A stretch of 64,000 nt of DNA from Clostridia bacterium (GCA_045545295.1 JAZQAO010000030.1:606-64605); one strand, 5' to 3'; shown: positions 43,570 through 51,406, counted from the first letter of the stretch. The notes: a model not told the origin generated them from the sequence alone. Made by a program: numbers and translations.

Positions 43570-44691
43570 ATGACCAAAATAGACATATTTTCAGGTTTTC
43601 TTGGTGCAGGAAAAACCACTCTTATTAAAAAGCTTATCAAAGAGGCTTATTGCGGAGAAAAGCTTGTTCTTATAGAAAATGAATTCGGTGAAATCGGCAT
43701 TGACGGAGGCTTTATGCAGGATGCCGGTATTGAAGTTACCGAAATGAATTCCGGTTGTATATGCTGCAGTCTTGTGGGAGATTTTTCTGAAGCTCTCGGA
43801 AAAGTTATTGCAGAGTATAATCCCGATAGAATTCTTATTGAGCCTTCCGGTGTAGGCAAGCTCAGCGATGTTATTAAAGCAGTAAAGGGTGTTACGGGAG
43901 AAAACGTTCATCTTAACAACTTTTGTGCAGTTGCTGATGCAAAAAAATGCAAAATGTACATGAAAAACTTCGGGGAATTTTTCAATGACCAGATAGAAAA
44001 TGCTTCTACTGTTATACTCAGCCATACAGACTCCCTTTCAGAAGAAAAGCTTGCAGAATGCGTAGCTCTTCTCAGAGAGCACAATCAAAATGCTCAGATT
44101 ATTACAACCCCCTGGGACGAGCTTCATGGGGATGCTATTCTTTCGGTTATGGAAAAGAACAGCACTCTTGAAAAAGAGCTCAGGCATCTTGAAGACGAGG
44201 AAGCTTGTCCTCACTGCGGACATCACCACCTTCACGAGCATCATCACGACGATGAGTGCCACTGTCACGACCACGACCACCACCACGACGATGAGTGCCA
44301 CTGTCACGATCACGACCACCATCACGACGATGAGTGCCACTGTCACGATCACGACCACCATCACGACGATGAGTGCCACTGTCACGATCACGACCACCAC
44401 GGGCACCATCACGCAGATGAGGTGTTCACAAGCTGGGGGCTTGAGACAATACGTTCATACTCAGAATCTGTTCTTGCAGAAATTCTTTTTAAACTTGAAA
44501 ACGAAGAAATTTACGGTGCAGTTCTGCGTGCAAAGGGTATTGTAAAAGGCAAAGATGGCTGGATTCATTTTGATTACGTTCCCGGCGAATCGGATATCCG
44601 TTCCGGAAGTGCAGGAACAATCGGTCGTATCTGCGTTATCGGTGCAAAAATCAATGAGAATGCTTTGAAAGAGCTCTTTGAAATGAGGTGA
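43570..44691 (+). CDS. COG0523 (CobW/ZigA/YeiR-type) G3E metallochaperone GTPase with a His/Cys-rich repeat insert
   Basis: Walker A GFLGAGKTTL, metal motif GCICCS, and four HHDDECHCHDHDH units before the C-terminal domain. Confidence 0.85.
   Translation: MTKIDIFSGFLGAGKTTLIKKLIKEAYCGEKLVLIENEFGEIGIDGGFMQDAGIEVTEMNSGCICCSLVGDFSEALGKVIAEYNPDRILIEPSGVGKLSDVIKAVKGVTGENVHLNNFCAVADAKKCKMYMKNFGEFFNDQIENASTVILSHTDSLSEEKLAECVALLREHNQNAQIITTPWDELHGDAILSVMEKNSTLEKELRHLEDEEACPHCGHHHLHEHHHDDECHCHDHDHHHDDECHCHDHDHHHDDECHCHDHDHHHDDECHCHDHDHHGHHHADEVFTSWGLETIRSYSESVLAEILFKLENEEIYGAVLRAKGIVKGKDGWIHFDYVPGESDIRSGSAGTIGRICVIGAKINENALKELFEMR
44242..44397 (+). repeat. 4 x 39-bp in-frame tandem repeat encoding HHDDECHCHDHDH
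   Basis: The units start at 44242, 44281, 44320 and 44359. Units 3 and 4 are identical. Units 1 and 2 each differ by one synonymous nucleotide. Confidence 0.95.
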
Positions 44692-45644
44692 CAGTTTTGG
44701 CAAGAGAAATACCTGTATATTTATTTCTTGGATTTCTTGAATCCGGAAAAACAAAATTCATTCAGGACACATTATGTGATGTAAGATTCAACAACGGAGA
44801 AAAGACTCTTCTTATCGTTTGCGAGGAGGGTATTGAGGAGTATGAGCCTTCTCTGTTTTCGGGTGATAATGTCAATGTAAAAACTTTTGATTCTCCCGAT
44901 GAACTCACTTCCTCTGCCCTTTTATCTATGCAGAAGGAATCCGGTGCCGAGCGCGTAATTATTGAATACAACGGTATGTGGCCCATAGATACTCTCCTGG
45001 GTGCATTTCCGAAAAGTTTTACGCTTGTTCAGTGTATGATGTTTGCCGATGCAACTACTTTTATAAACTACAACAATAATATGCGCAATCAGACAGTTGA
45101 CAAATTAAGAATTTGCGAGCTCGTTGTTTTCAACAGAATGCAAAAAAGCATCGATAAAATGGAGCTTCATAAAATAGTCAGCGGTGTAAGTCGTCGTGCA
45201 GACATCGCATACGAATACACCGACGGCAGTGTCGAATATGATGACATAGAAGATCCGCTTCCTTTTGATATAGATGCCCCCGTTATCAAAATTGAGGATA
45301 CTGATTATGCACTCTGGTACCGTGACCTTATAGAAGAAGCTGACAAATACCACGGTAAAACAGTAAAATTCCGCGGAATTGCCGCTTATGACAATCGTAT
45401 GCCCGACACAATGTTTGTTGCCGGCAGACACGTTATGACTTGCTGCATAGATGACGTTGAATATATGCCCATTGTGTGCATCACAGAAAAGAAACACTCA
45501 GTAAAAAGTCGCGACTGGCTAATGGTAACAGGCACTGTTAAAAACGAATACTGTAAATTATATAAAGGGAAAGGTCCTGTAATTTACATCGAAAGTCTTG
45601 CCGTTACATCTGCTCCGGAAAAAGAGCTTGCAACTTTTTATTGA
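44688..45644 (+). CDS. G3E-like P-loop N-domain fused to a Cys-containing C-terminal domain (DUF1980/TIGR03943-like, tentative)
   Basis: GTGA start/stop overlap with the upstream gene. P-loop GFLESGKTKF, but no CxCC motif. The C-terminus has MFVAGRHVMTCCIDDVEYMPIVCI. Confidence 0.6.
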   Translation: MTVLAREIPVYLFLGFLESGKTKFIQDTLCDVRFNNGEKTLLIVCEEGIEEYEPSLFSGDNVNVKTFDSPDELTSSALLSMQKESGAERVIIEYNGMWPIDTLLGAFPKSFTLVQCMMFADATTFINYNNNMRNQTVDKLRICELVVFNRMQKSIDKMELHKIVSGVSRRADIAYEYTDGSVEYDDIEDPLPFDIDAPVIKIEDTDYALWYRDLIEEADKYHGKTVKFRGIAAYDNRMPDTMFVAGRHVMTCCIDDVEYMPIVCITEKKHSVKSRDWLMVTGTVKNEYCKLYKGKGPVIYIESLAVTSAPEKELATFY

Positions 45645-45657
45645 TATTTAACAACCA

Positions 45658-45701
45658 AACACCACCTTGTGAATACAATATTTATGAGGTGGTGTTTTTT
45701 T
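45658..45701 (+). terminator. Intrinsic terminator after the COG0523 operon
   Basis: AAACACCACCT / AGGTGGTGTTT stem with a ~19-nt loop, then a T-run to 45701. The right arm doubles as a GAGGTGG RBS for the next gene. Confidence 0.65.
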
Positions 45702-46349
45702 ATGAAATGTAATAATTCATGGAACTGTCCTGCTGGCAGCTTTCCCTATACGATAAGAAAAGGAGATACGCTCTACTCTCTTGCAAAACGATTTGAAACA
45801 ACGGTAGAACGGCTCGCAGATATAAACAACATTAAAAATCCCGATTTGATTTATGCAGACGATACTATCTGCATTCCGCTTCCGTTTCAGTATTATCCGG
45901 CTTGCAGAACTACAAACTACTATATAGTACGGGAAAATGACAGTGCAGCAAAAATCGCAAAATATTTCGGTGTCAGTACAATGCAGATTCTTTACTCCAA
46001 TATCGGGATAGATATAAATAATCTCTATGATGGGATGATTCTCTGTATTCCTCTTGCTCCGCCCGTTTTATGTGTGCATATAGAAAAGAATTCTCTGCAT
46101 CTTTGTTATTTCAGCGGAGATAAACTTTCCTTCCCTTGTGTAAGTCCTTTAACAAGTCTCAGCGGAACAGTTACACAAAAAGAGCTTGACGATTCAAGGG
46201 GAGGATTTAAGAGACTAAATATTCTGCCTAATGTTGCTATCACAAACGCAAGCGGAAAAAGAGGTGACGGCGACATAGTCCTTACTGACCGTGATATGGA
46301 CAGAGTCTTTAATCTTGTCTCCGTTGGAACGGAGGTGTGCATTGACTGA
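45702..46349 (+). CDS. LysM-domain protein with a degenerate YkuD-like C-terminus
   Basis: LysM repeats YTIRKGDTLYSLAKRFETTVERLADINNI and YIVRENDSAAKIAKYFGVSTMQILYSN. The C-terminus aligns by eye to the downstream L,D-transpeptidase but lacks the HG...C catalytic residues. The start is ambiguous (45669, 45684 or 45702). Confidence 0.65.
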   Translation: MKCNNSWNCPAGSFPYTIRKGDTLYSLAKRFETTVERLADINNIKNPDLIYADDTICIPLPFQYYPACRTTNYYIVRENDSAAKIAKYFGVSTMQILYSNIGIDINNLYDGMILCIPLAPPVLCVHIEKNSLHLCYFSGDKLSFPCVSPLTSLSGTVTQKELDDSRGGFKRLNILPNVAITNASGKRGDGDIVLTDRDMDRVFNLVSVGTEVCID

Positions 46350-47194
46350 TGGCGTGCGATGAATTTTATGTAATAAAAAATGGTGACACGCTGTTTTCGA
46401 TTGCGGCAACTTTCAACACAACTCCCGCAAATCTTCTTCGGCTTAACGAAGGGCTGGATGCTGAGAATCTGATTCCCGGCACAAGGATATGCGTTATTTC
46501 CGGAACTTTTCAGCCGGTTACCTGTCCGTTGGGATCTCTTCCCTACAATGTAAACGAAGGAGATACCCTACGAAAAATAGCAGAAAATTTCGGTACTGAT
46601 GTACCTGCACTTATTGATGCCAATCCCGAAATAAATCCCTTCAACCTTATTCCGGGACAAAGAATATGCATTGCACAAAAATTTAAGGAACCGCCGGAGT
46701 GCGATTCCCGAAATTTTTACGTTATACGTCGCGGTGACACATTAAGAGAAATTGCCGCATCATTTGGTATTTCTGTACAAAGCATAATTTCTGCAAACCA
46801 GGGTCTTGACCCAGCAAGACTCTCAGTCGGCCAGATAATATGTATTCCTACTGCCCCATCGCCTGTTGAAATCATTGTAAATGTCTCTGCAAAAAGGCTT
46901 ACCGTGTATAAAAACGGACTACTGTTTCTAGAATTCATCGTCGCGACAGGGAAGCCTTCAACGCCGACTCCTCTGGGAATTTTTGAGATAGCAAACAAAG
47001 AAATCGACCCGGGCGGCCCTTACGGAACACGGTGGCTTGGTCTTTCAAAAAAAGGCTACGGCATACACGGAACCAATGACCCGTCATCCATCGGTACTGC
47101 TGCATCCAACGGTTGTATAAGAATGTACAACGAAGATATTGAAACGCTGTTCTCAATAACCTCCGTCGGAACTCCTGTCAGGATTCTGCCGTGA
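46349..47194 (+). CDS. L,D-transpeptidase (YkuD domain) with three LysM repeats
   Basis: Three LysM repeats (YVIKNGDTLFSIAATF, YNVNEGDTLRKIAENF, YVIRRGDTLREIAASF) and the catalytic motif GIHGTNDPSSIGTAASNGCIRM. TGATG overlap with the upstream gene. Confidence 0.85.
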   Translation: MACDEFYVIKNGDTLFSIAATFNTTPANLLRLNEGLDAENLIPGTRICVISGTFQPVTCPLGSLPYNVNEGDTLRKIAENFGTDVPALIDANPEINPFNLIPGQRICIAQKFKEPPECDSRNFYVIRRGDTLREIAASFGISVQSIISANQGLDPARLSVGQIICIPTAPSPVEIIVNVSAKRLTVYKNGLLFLEFIVATGKPSTPTPLGIFEIANKEIDPGGPYGTRWLGLSKKGYGIHGTNDPSSIGTAASNGCIRMYNEDIETLFSITSVGTPVRILP

Positions 47195-48152
47195 TATCTA
47201 TATTTTCCACAGTTTCGTCCTCCACTACTGTTATGACGACACCCTTACTCTTAAAATAAGCTATATTGCATCTTTTATTTCCTACAATTTTAGATATAAG
47301 ACTTTTCTTCGCACGTATTGTCGCACATTTACTTTCACCGATAGTTTCTTCTACACGGCTAAGGATATCCCTGCTTATAATAAGCTCTCCAAGAGAAGGG
47401 TGATATGCTCCTGCCACAAAATTTTCACGCAGGTCTTCGCTTTCAGCAAGACCTATACGCAGTATTTTTATATCATTTTCATTAAAATAACGGTAAAGGT
47501 CTGCACAGATCTTTACTGCATCTTCTACTGACTGCGGAATATATTCGCCTTTTTTATAAAGCTCCTCAAGCAAAGTACCTTTAAGTACAACGGTCGGATA
47601 AATCCTGGTTTCTCTTGCTCCGAGTTCTTTAAACCGTCTTGCGGTATACAGACATTTTTCGTGAGAGTCGCCCGGTAGTCCGGTCATCATCTGAAGTCCG
47701 AGGCACAGTCCGTTTTTAATTATTATCTCCGACGCTTTTTCCACATCCTTTGCACTATGTCCACGACCGGAAAGGCGCAGTACAGTTTCATCCATAGACT
47801 GCGCTCCGAGCTCAATATTTTTTACACCGTAGTTTTTAAGTCTTCTCACGATTTCATCTGTTATGTAGTCCGGTCTTGTGGAGAGGCGTATTGATTTGAT
47901 TTTACCATCATCTATGTATTTTTTTGCCACAGAAAGATATTCGTTCTGCTTTTTTTCATCGATCCCGGTAAAACTTCCGCCAAAAAATGCAATTTCATCT
48001 GCAAATCCGCCCATCGTCTGAAGATGTTCTTCAATTATTCTTATGGTTTCATCTTTTTCGGGGGCTTTTTTCTGTCCGCTGATTGTTCTCTGATTACAGA
48101 AAGCGCAGTCATTCGGGCATCCCTCATGAGGAATAAATATTGGTATAATCAT
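47178..48152 (-). CDS. Radical SAM protein (ELP3/COG1243-like, no acetyltransferase domain)
   Basis: IFIPHEGCPNDCAFCNQRTISG (CxxxCxxC cluster motif). AAGGAGA RBS. Confidence 0.75.
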   Translation of the reverse strand: MIIPIFIPHEGCPNDCAFCNQRTISGQKKAPEKDETIRIIEEHLQTMGGFADEIAFFGGSFTGIDEKKQNEYLSVAKKYIDDGKIKSIRLSTRPDYITDEIVRRLKNYGVKNIELGAQSMDETVLRLSGRGHSAKDVEKASEIIIKNGLCLGLQMMTGLPGDSHEKCLYTARRFKELGARETRIYPTVVLKGTLLEELYKKGEYIPQSVEDAVKICADLYRYFNENDIKILRIGLAESEDLRENFVAGAYHPSLGELIISRDILSRVEETIGESKCATIRAKKSLISKIVGNKRCNIAYFKSKGVVITVVEDETVENIDITAES

Positions 48153-48177
48153 ACTGTCTCCTTATTCATTATTTACA

Positions 48178-48210
48178 AAGGGGTGTAAAAAACCAGTTTT
48201 TACACCCCTT
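48178..48210. terminator. Hairpin downstream of the 48217-49467 gene
   Basis: AAGGGGTGTAAAAA / TTTTTACACCCCTT 14-bp stem. The T-tract is poor on the minus strand and better on the plus strand. Confidence 0.45.
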
Positions 48211-48216
48211 GTTTTC

Positions 48217-49467
48217 TTATTTACTTTCTTCTGCCGGATCTAATCCGTCAATATAGTCATCTTCTTCAATAAATTCTTCTCTGTCTGTAAATGCACTTCC
48301 GATAAAGATGACAAGCACACCCAGCGCCAGCACACATACACCACAGATAAGGGAATTTTTATTAAAGCTCTGCACTATTGCGTCTATAACGCAGTTTATA
48401 AACTTGCTTGACACATTAAACATTGGCTTGTATAAAAAGCCTGCTGTTCCCGATAAAGCACCTGCGATAATAAACGCAGCTCCGATTATTTTGTGAGAAT
48501 ATCCGCCGCAAAGAATTATTACAAGAATAATCAAAAGAAGTAATGCAACTACCATACCAATCAGCATAGGAAGCGACAGTATCGCTGATGCAATTGTAGT
48601 AATTTTTACAGTGGGCTGATTATTGAGTGATTCCGCACTGAGTTCCTGTACTGCCTTACTCTTTAATACGCTTGTTGCAATATCATCGCACTGCTGTCTG
48701 TATAACTTACGTCCGGTAAGGAAATCTATCTTGGATGAATTCTGCGCCACTACGTCGGAAATTTCTTTACGCGTCAGGGGTGAATACTCGTTTCCGTACA
48801 GATAGTATCCAATAACCTCTGATGCAACTGACGCCACAAATTCAGGGTAAGTAGATTTTTTAACTTCAGCCTCTATTGTAGAATATGTAGTTCTGACAGT
48901 GCCCTTTGTGTTATCTCTTATAATATCTGCAAGACCTGCTTCGGGAGAGCTTTCAACCAAAATGAGGTTCCCTCTGAGATCTGCACTGAGATTTCCTATC
49001 GTAAACATTTCCGGTCTGGAATCATTTATTGCATTCTCAACTGCGTATTCCGATGTGTTGAGTCTTACAATAAGAGCCGCAACTGTAACGATTGTAATAA
49101 CCACAAGCAAAAGTGCAAGAAGACTCATCATAATAACATTAAGAATTTTCTTAACCATTTTCTTACGTTTTTTTGCCTTTTTGCTTTTCTTACCCTTCTT
49201 TTTCTGTTTTGCTTTTTCTCGTTTTTTCTGTTCCTTTTCCTTATCGTAGTTAGGTATCTCTATGGGTTTGGGAGCAAATTCTTCCATAATTTCTCTCTCA
49301 ACCGCTTCAATATCCATTTGTTCTTCAATTACTTTATCTGCTTCTGCAGTTTCTTCTATATCTTCAACTTTTTCATCATCGTTGATTTCTTCTGCAGGCT
49401 TAGTTTCCTGAGTGACTTTGTCTTCGGATTCTTCCGCTATATTTATATTTTCATTTTCCGTATTCAT
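48217..49467 (-). CDS. Membrane protein of unknown function (acidic N-tail, Lys-rich segment, ~4 TM helices)
   Basis: AAAGGAGA RBS. N-terminal E/D-rich region, then KKREKAKQKKKGKKSKKAKKRKK. TM segments ILNVIMMSLLALLLVVITIVTVAALIV and three more near the C-terminus. Confidence 0.75.
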   Translation of the reverse strand: MNTENENINIAEESEDKVTQETKPAEEINDDEKVEDIEETAEADKVIEEQMDIEAVEREIMEEFAPKPIEIPNYDKEKEQKKREKAKQKKKGKKSKKAKKRKKMVKKILNVIMMSLLALLLVVITIVTVAALIVRLNTSEYAVENAINDSRPEMFTIGNLSADLRGNLILVESSPEAGLADIIRDNTKGTVRTTYSTIEAEVKKSTYPEFVASVASEVIGYYLYGNEYSPLTRKEISDVVAQNSSKIDFLTGRKLYRQQCDDIATSVLKSKAVQELSAESLNNQPTVKITTIASAILSLPMLIGMVVALLLLIILVIILCGGYSHKIIGAAFIIAGALSGTAGFLYKPMFNVSSKFINCVIDAIVQSFNKNSLICGVCVLALGVLVIFIGSAFTDREEFIEEDDYIDGLDPAEESK

Positions 49468-49599
49468 ATATATAGTCTCCTTTCGCCATCATATCTACTA
49501 TATATAATACCAATTATATCAAAATAAGTCAAGAAAAATATGTTTTTTGACATTTATTTACAATCGTTTTATTATTATGTGAAAAAATAAATATTTTTT

Positions 49600-49613
49600 C
49601 GAACAAATGTTTG
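49600..49613. promoter_or_regulatory. SOS box (LexA operator)
   Basis: CGAACAAATGTTTG against the Firmicute consensus CGAACnnnnGTTCG (one mismatch). It overlaps the -35 of the lexA promoter. Confidence 0.65.
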
Positions 49614-49639
49614 ATTTTCTGATTCTAGTATGATATAAT
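49611..49639 (+). promoter_or_regulatory. lexA promoter
   Basis: TTGATT, a 17-nt spacer, then TATAAT, 30 nt upstream of ATG 49670. Confidence 0.55.
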
Positions 49640-49669
49640 AAGCATAAATCAATTTCAGGAGGATTAATT

Positions 49670-50284
49670 ATGGCAGCTAACATTGATAAGCAGCAACAGA
49701 TTCTCAGCTTTATAGAAAAGCAGGTTTCAGAAAAGGGCTACCCTCCCACGGTGAGGGAAATTTGCGAGGCGGTTGGACTCAGTTCTCCATCTACCGTACA
49801 CGGATATCTCAAACGACTTGAAAAGAACGGTTATATAATTAAAGATGACGGCAGTTCCCGCGGCATCAGACTTGCAAATGTCCCTACAAACATTTCTTCA
49901 ATGGAAAAAGAATATCTGGAAGTACCGGTTATAGGCAGAGTCAGTGCAGGGCTTCCGATTCTTGCTGAAGAAAATCTTGAGCGCACATTCCCTCTCCCGA
50001 TGGATTTTGCAAAAAAGAACGAGATTTATATGCTCCGTGTGCGGGGTGAAAGTATGATTAATGCCGGTATTCTTGACGGCGACTATGTAATTGTTGAAAA
50101 ATGTGATGTTGCACGAAACGGAGAAATGGTAGTAGCTTTGGTAGAAGACAGTGCAACCGTAAAAACCTTCTATAAGGAAAACGGTCATTTCCGTCTTCAG
50201 CCTGAAAATGACTTTATGGAACCGATAATTGTTGACAGTGTTTCTATTCTCGGAAAAGTTGTCGGTGTATACCGTCTGTTTTAA
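49670..50284 (+). CDS. lexA: LexA repressor
   Basis: Winged-helix N-terminus GYPPTVREICEAVGLSSPSTVHGYLKRLEKNGYI. Cleavage region VPVIGRVSAGLPI. S24 peptidase motifs RVRGESMINAGI and VALVEDSATVKTF. Confidence 0.95.
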   Translation: MAANIDKQQQILSFIEKQVSEKGYPPTVREICEAVGLSSPSTVHGYLKRLEKNGYIIKDDGSSRGIRLANVPTNISSMEKEYLEVPVIGRVSAGLPILAEENLERTFPLPMDFAKKNEIYMLRVRGESMINAGILDGDYVIVEKCDVARNGEMVVALVEDSATVKTFYKENGHFRLQPENDFMEPIIVDSVSILGKVVGVYRLF

Positions 50285-50351
50285 GTGTAGGCTCGCTTTA
50301 CTCGACAAAGAAGTAATATCAAGTGTTAAGTTCATTTATTACGCATTAAAA

Positions 50352-50388
50352 CTGCCATACGTAAGTCCTTTACGTATGGCAGTTTTTT
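50352..50388 (+). terminator. lexA intrinsic terminator
   Basis: CTGCCATACGTA / TACGTATGGCAG 12-bp stem followed by T6. Confidence 0.85.
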
Positions 50389-50482
50389 ACCGTATAGGAA
50401 TTTGCGTCAAATTATGACGCAGGAAACTTTGTTTGCACTCCTGCGAGGGTACGACATGGGTGAAGCGGCACGCTTCTTTTTT
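50389..50482 (+). repeat. Terminator-adjacent repeat, copy 6 (core type B, best preserved)
   Basis: ACCGTATAGGAATTTGCGTCAAATTATGACGCAGGAAACTTTGTTTGCACTCCTGCGAGGGTACGACATGGGTGAAGCGGCACGCTTCTTTTTT. It begins immediately after the lexA terminator T6. Confidence 0.9.
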
Positions 50483-50657
50483 AATTTCCGGATATCAGTT
50501 CTTCAAGAGCATACCCTACATTTTTTAAAGCACGGTTAGTTTTTTTATACGCTTTCTTTGCTTTATTCATATTAGGCGGTTCCATCATCATACACACTGA
50601 TCCGCAAATCAGCGAACCTGCGACAAATCCCTTTAAAAAGCCCATCATTTTTCCCAC
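50481..50657 (-). CDS. Hypothetical 58-aa small membrane protein
   Basis: Hand translation after a GGAGGA RBS: (V)GKMMGFLKGFVAGSLICGSVCMMMEPPNMNKAKKAYKKTNRALKNVGYALEELISGN. Too short for the track. The stop codon lies in the T-tract of repeat copy 6. Confidence 0.4.
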   Translation of the reverse strand: MGKMMGFLKGFVAGSLICGSVCMMMEPPNMNKAKKAYKKTNRALKNVGYALEELISGN

Positions 50658-50758
50658 TAAAGATTCCTCCTTCAGATTTGATTTGTATTTAGCATTTGTA
50701 TTTCAATGCGTTAATATACAAAATTTAAAAGGTATTTTTTAGCAAACGGAAATTTTTA

Positions 50759-50787
50759 TTGAAATACACGTCCTTTTGTAGTATAAT
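50759..50787 (+). promoter_or_regulatory. Candidate sigma-A promoter of the HD-domain gene
   Basis: TTGAAA, a 17-nt spacer, then TATAAT, 30 nt upstream of ATG 50818. Confidence 0.45.
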
Positions 50788-50817
50788 AGATTAGATATTT
50801 TGAAAGGGAGTTTTTTT

Positions 50818-51390
50818 ATGACAGTTAAAGAGCGCTATGATTTACTCAAATCAAAAGTAGTAAAACGGAAAGAGGAGTTTTCACGCCTTATGGATTTTGT
50901 TGAAAACGAAACCGCTTATCTTTCTTCTCCTGCAAGCACACGCTACCATTTATGCAAGGAGGAAGGACTTTTGGAGCATAGTGTGAACGTTGCTGAAAAT
51001 ATGCTCAAATTAAGAAATGCACTTGCTCCCGACATCGACGAAGAAAGCTGCGTTATAACTGCTCTTATACACGACCTGGGAAAGGCAGGTATGCCCGGAA
51101 ATCCGATGTACATCCCCAATGAGCCTACCCCCAGACAAAAACAGTACGGTTACGGGCCGTCTGTTCCATACAGCATAAACAACTCGCTTGTTTATATGAG
51201 TGTTCCTCTGCGCAGTCTTTATCTTGCCTCTCCTTACATCCGTCTTTCAGAAAGTGAAACCCAGGCAATTATGTACCACGACGGACAATATGTAGATGAC
51301 AACAAATCAGTTGCCACAAAAGAAACTCCACTTCTTTTACTTTTACAGTATGCAGATACCTGGAGTACCTTTGTAACAGAAAAAAACTGA
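50818..51390 (+). CDS. HD-domain phosphohydrolase
   Basis: LLEHSVNVAENML...ITALIHDLGK (H...HD motif). AAAGGGAG RBS. Start moved to ATG 50818. Confidence 0.65.
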   Translation: MTVKERYDLLKSKVVKRKEEFSRLMDFVENETAYLSSPASTRYHLCKEEGLLEHSVNVAENMLKLRNALAPDIDEESCVITALIHDLGKAGMPGNPMYIPNEPTPRQKQYGYGPSVPYSINNSLVYMSVPLRSLYLASPYIRLSESETQAIMYHDGQYVDDNKSVATKETPLLLLLQYADTWSTFVTEKN

Positions 51391-51406
51391 AAGGAAGTAT
51401 ACACAA

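Noticed and set aside
44038-44545. ORFs 44038-44412 (minus) and 44090-44545 (plus, alternate frame) with VVVMV or TTTTT repeats
   Set aside because: These are artefacts of reading the 39-bp His/Cys repeat of the COG0523 gene in other frames.
50389-50482. An IS200/IS605-type PATE (hairpin-ended MITE) as the explanation for the repeat family
   Set aside because: Not adopted as the call. The 5'-proximal hairpin (TGCGTCA...TGACGCA) and the 3' hairpin (GAAGCG...CGCTTC) are unrelated in sequence, whereas IS200/IS605 ends carry similar hairpins. No Y1 transposase is in the window. It is kept only as one hypothesis to test.
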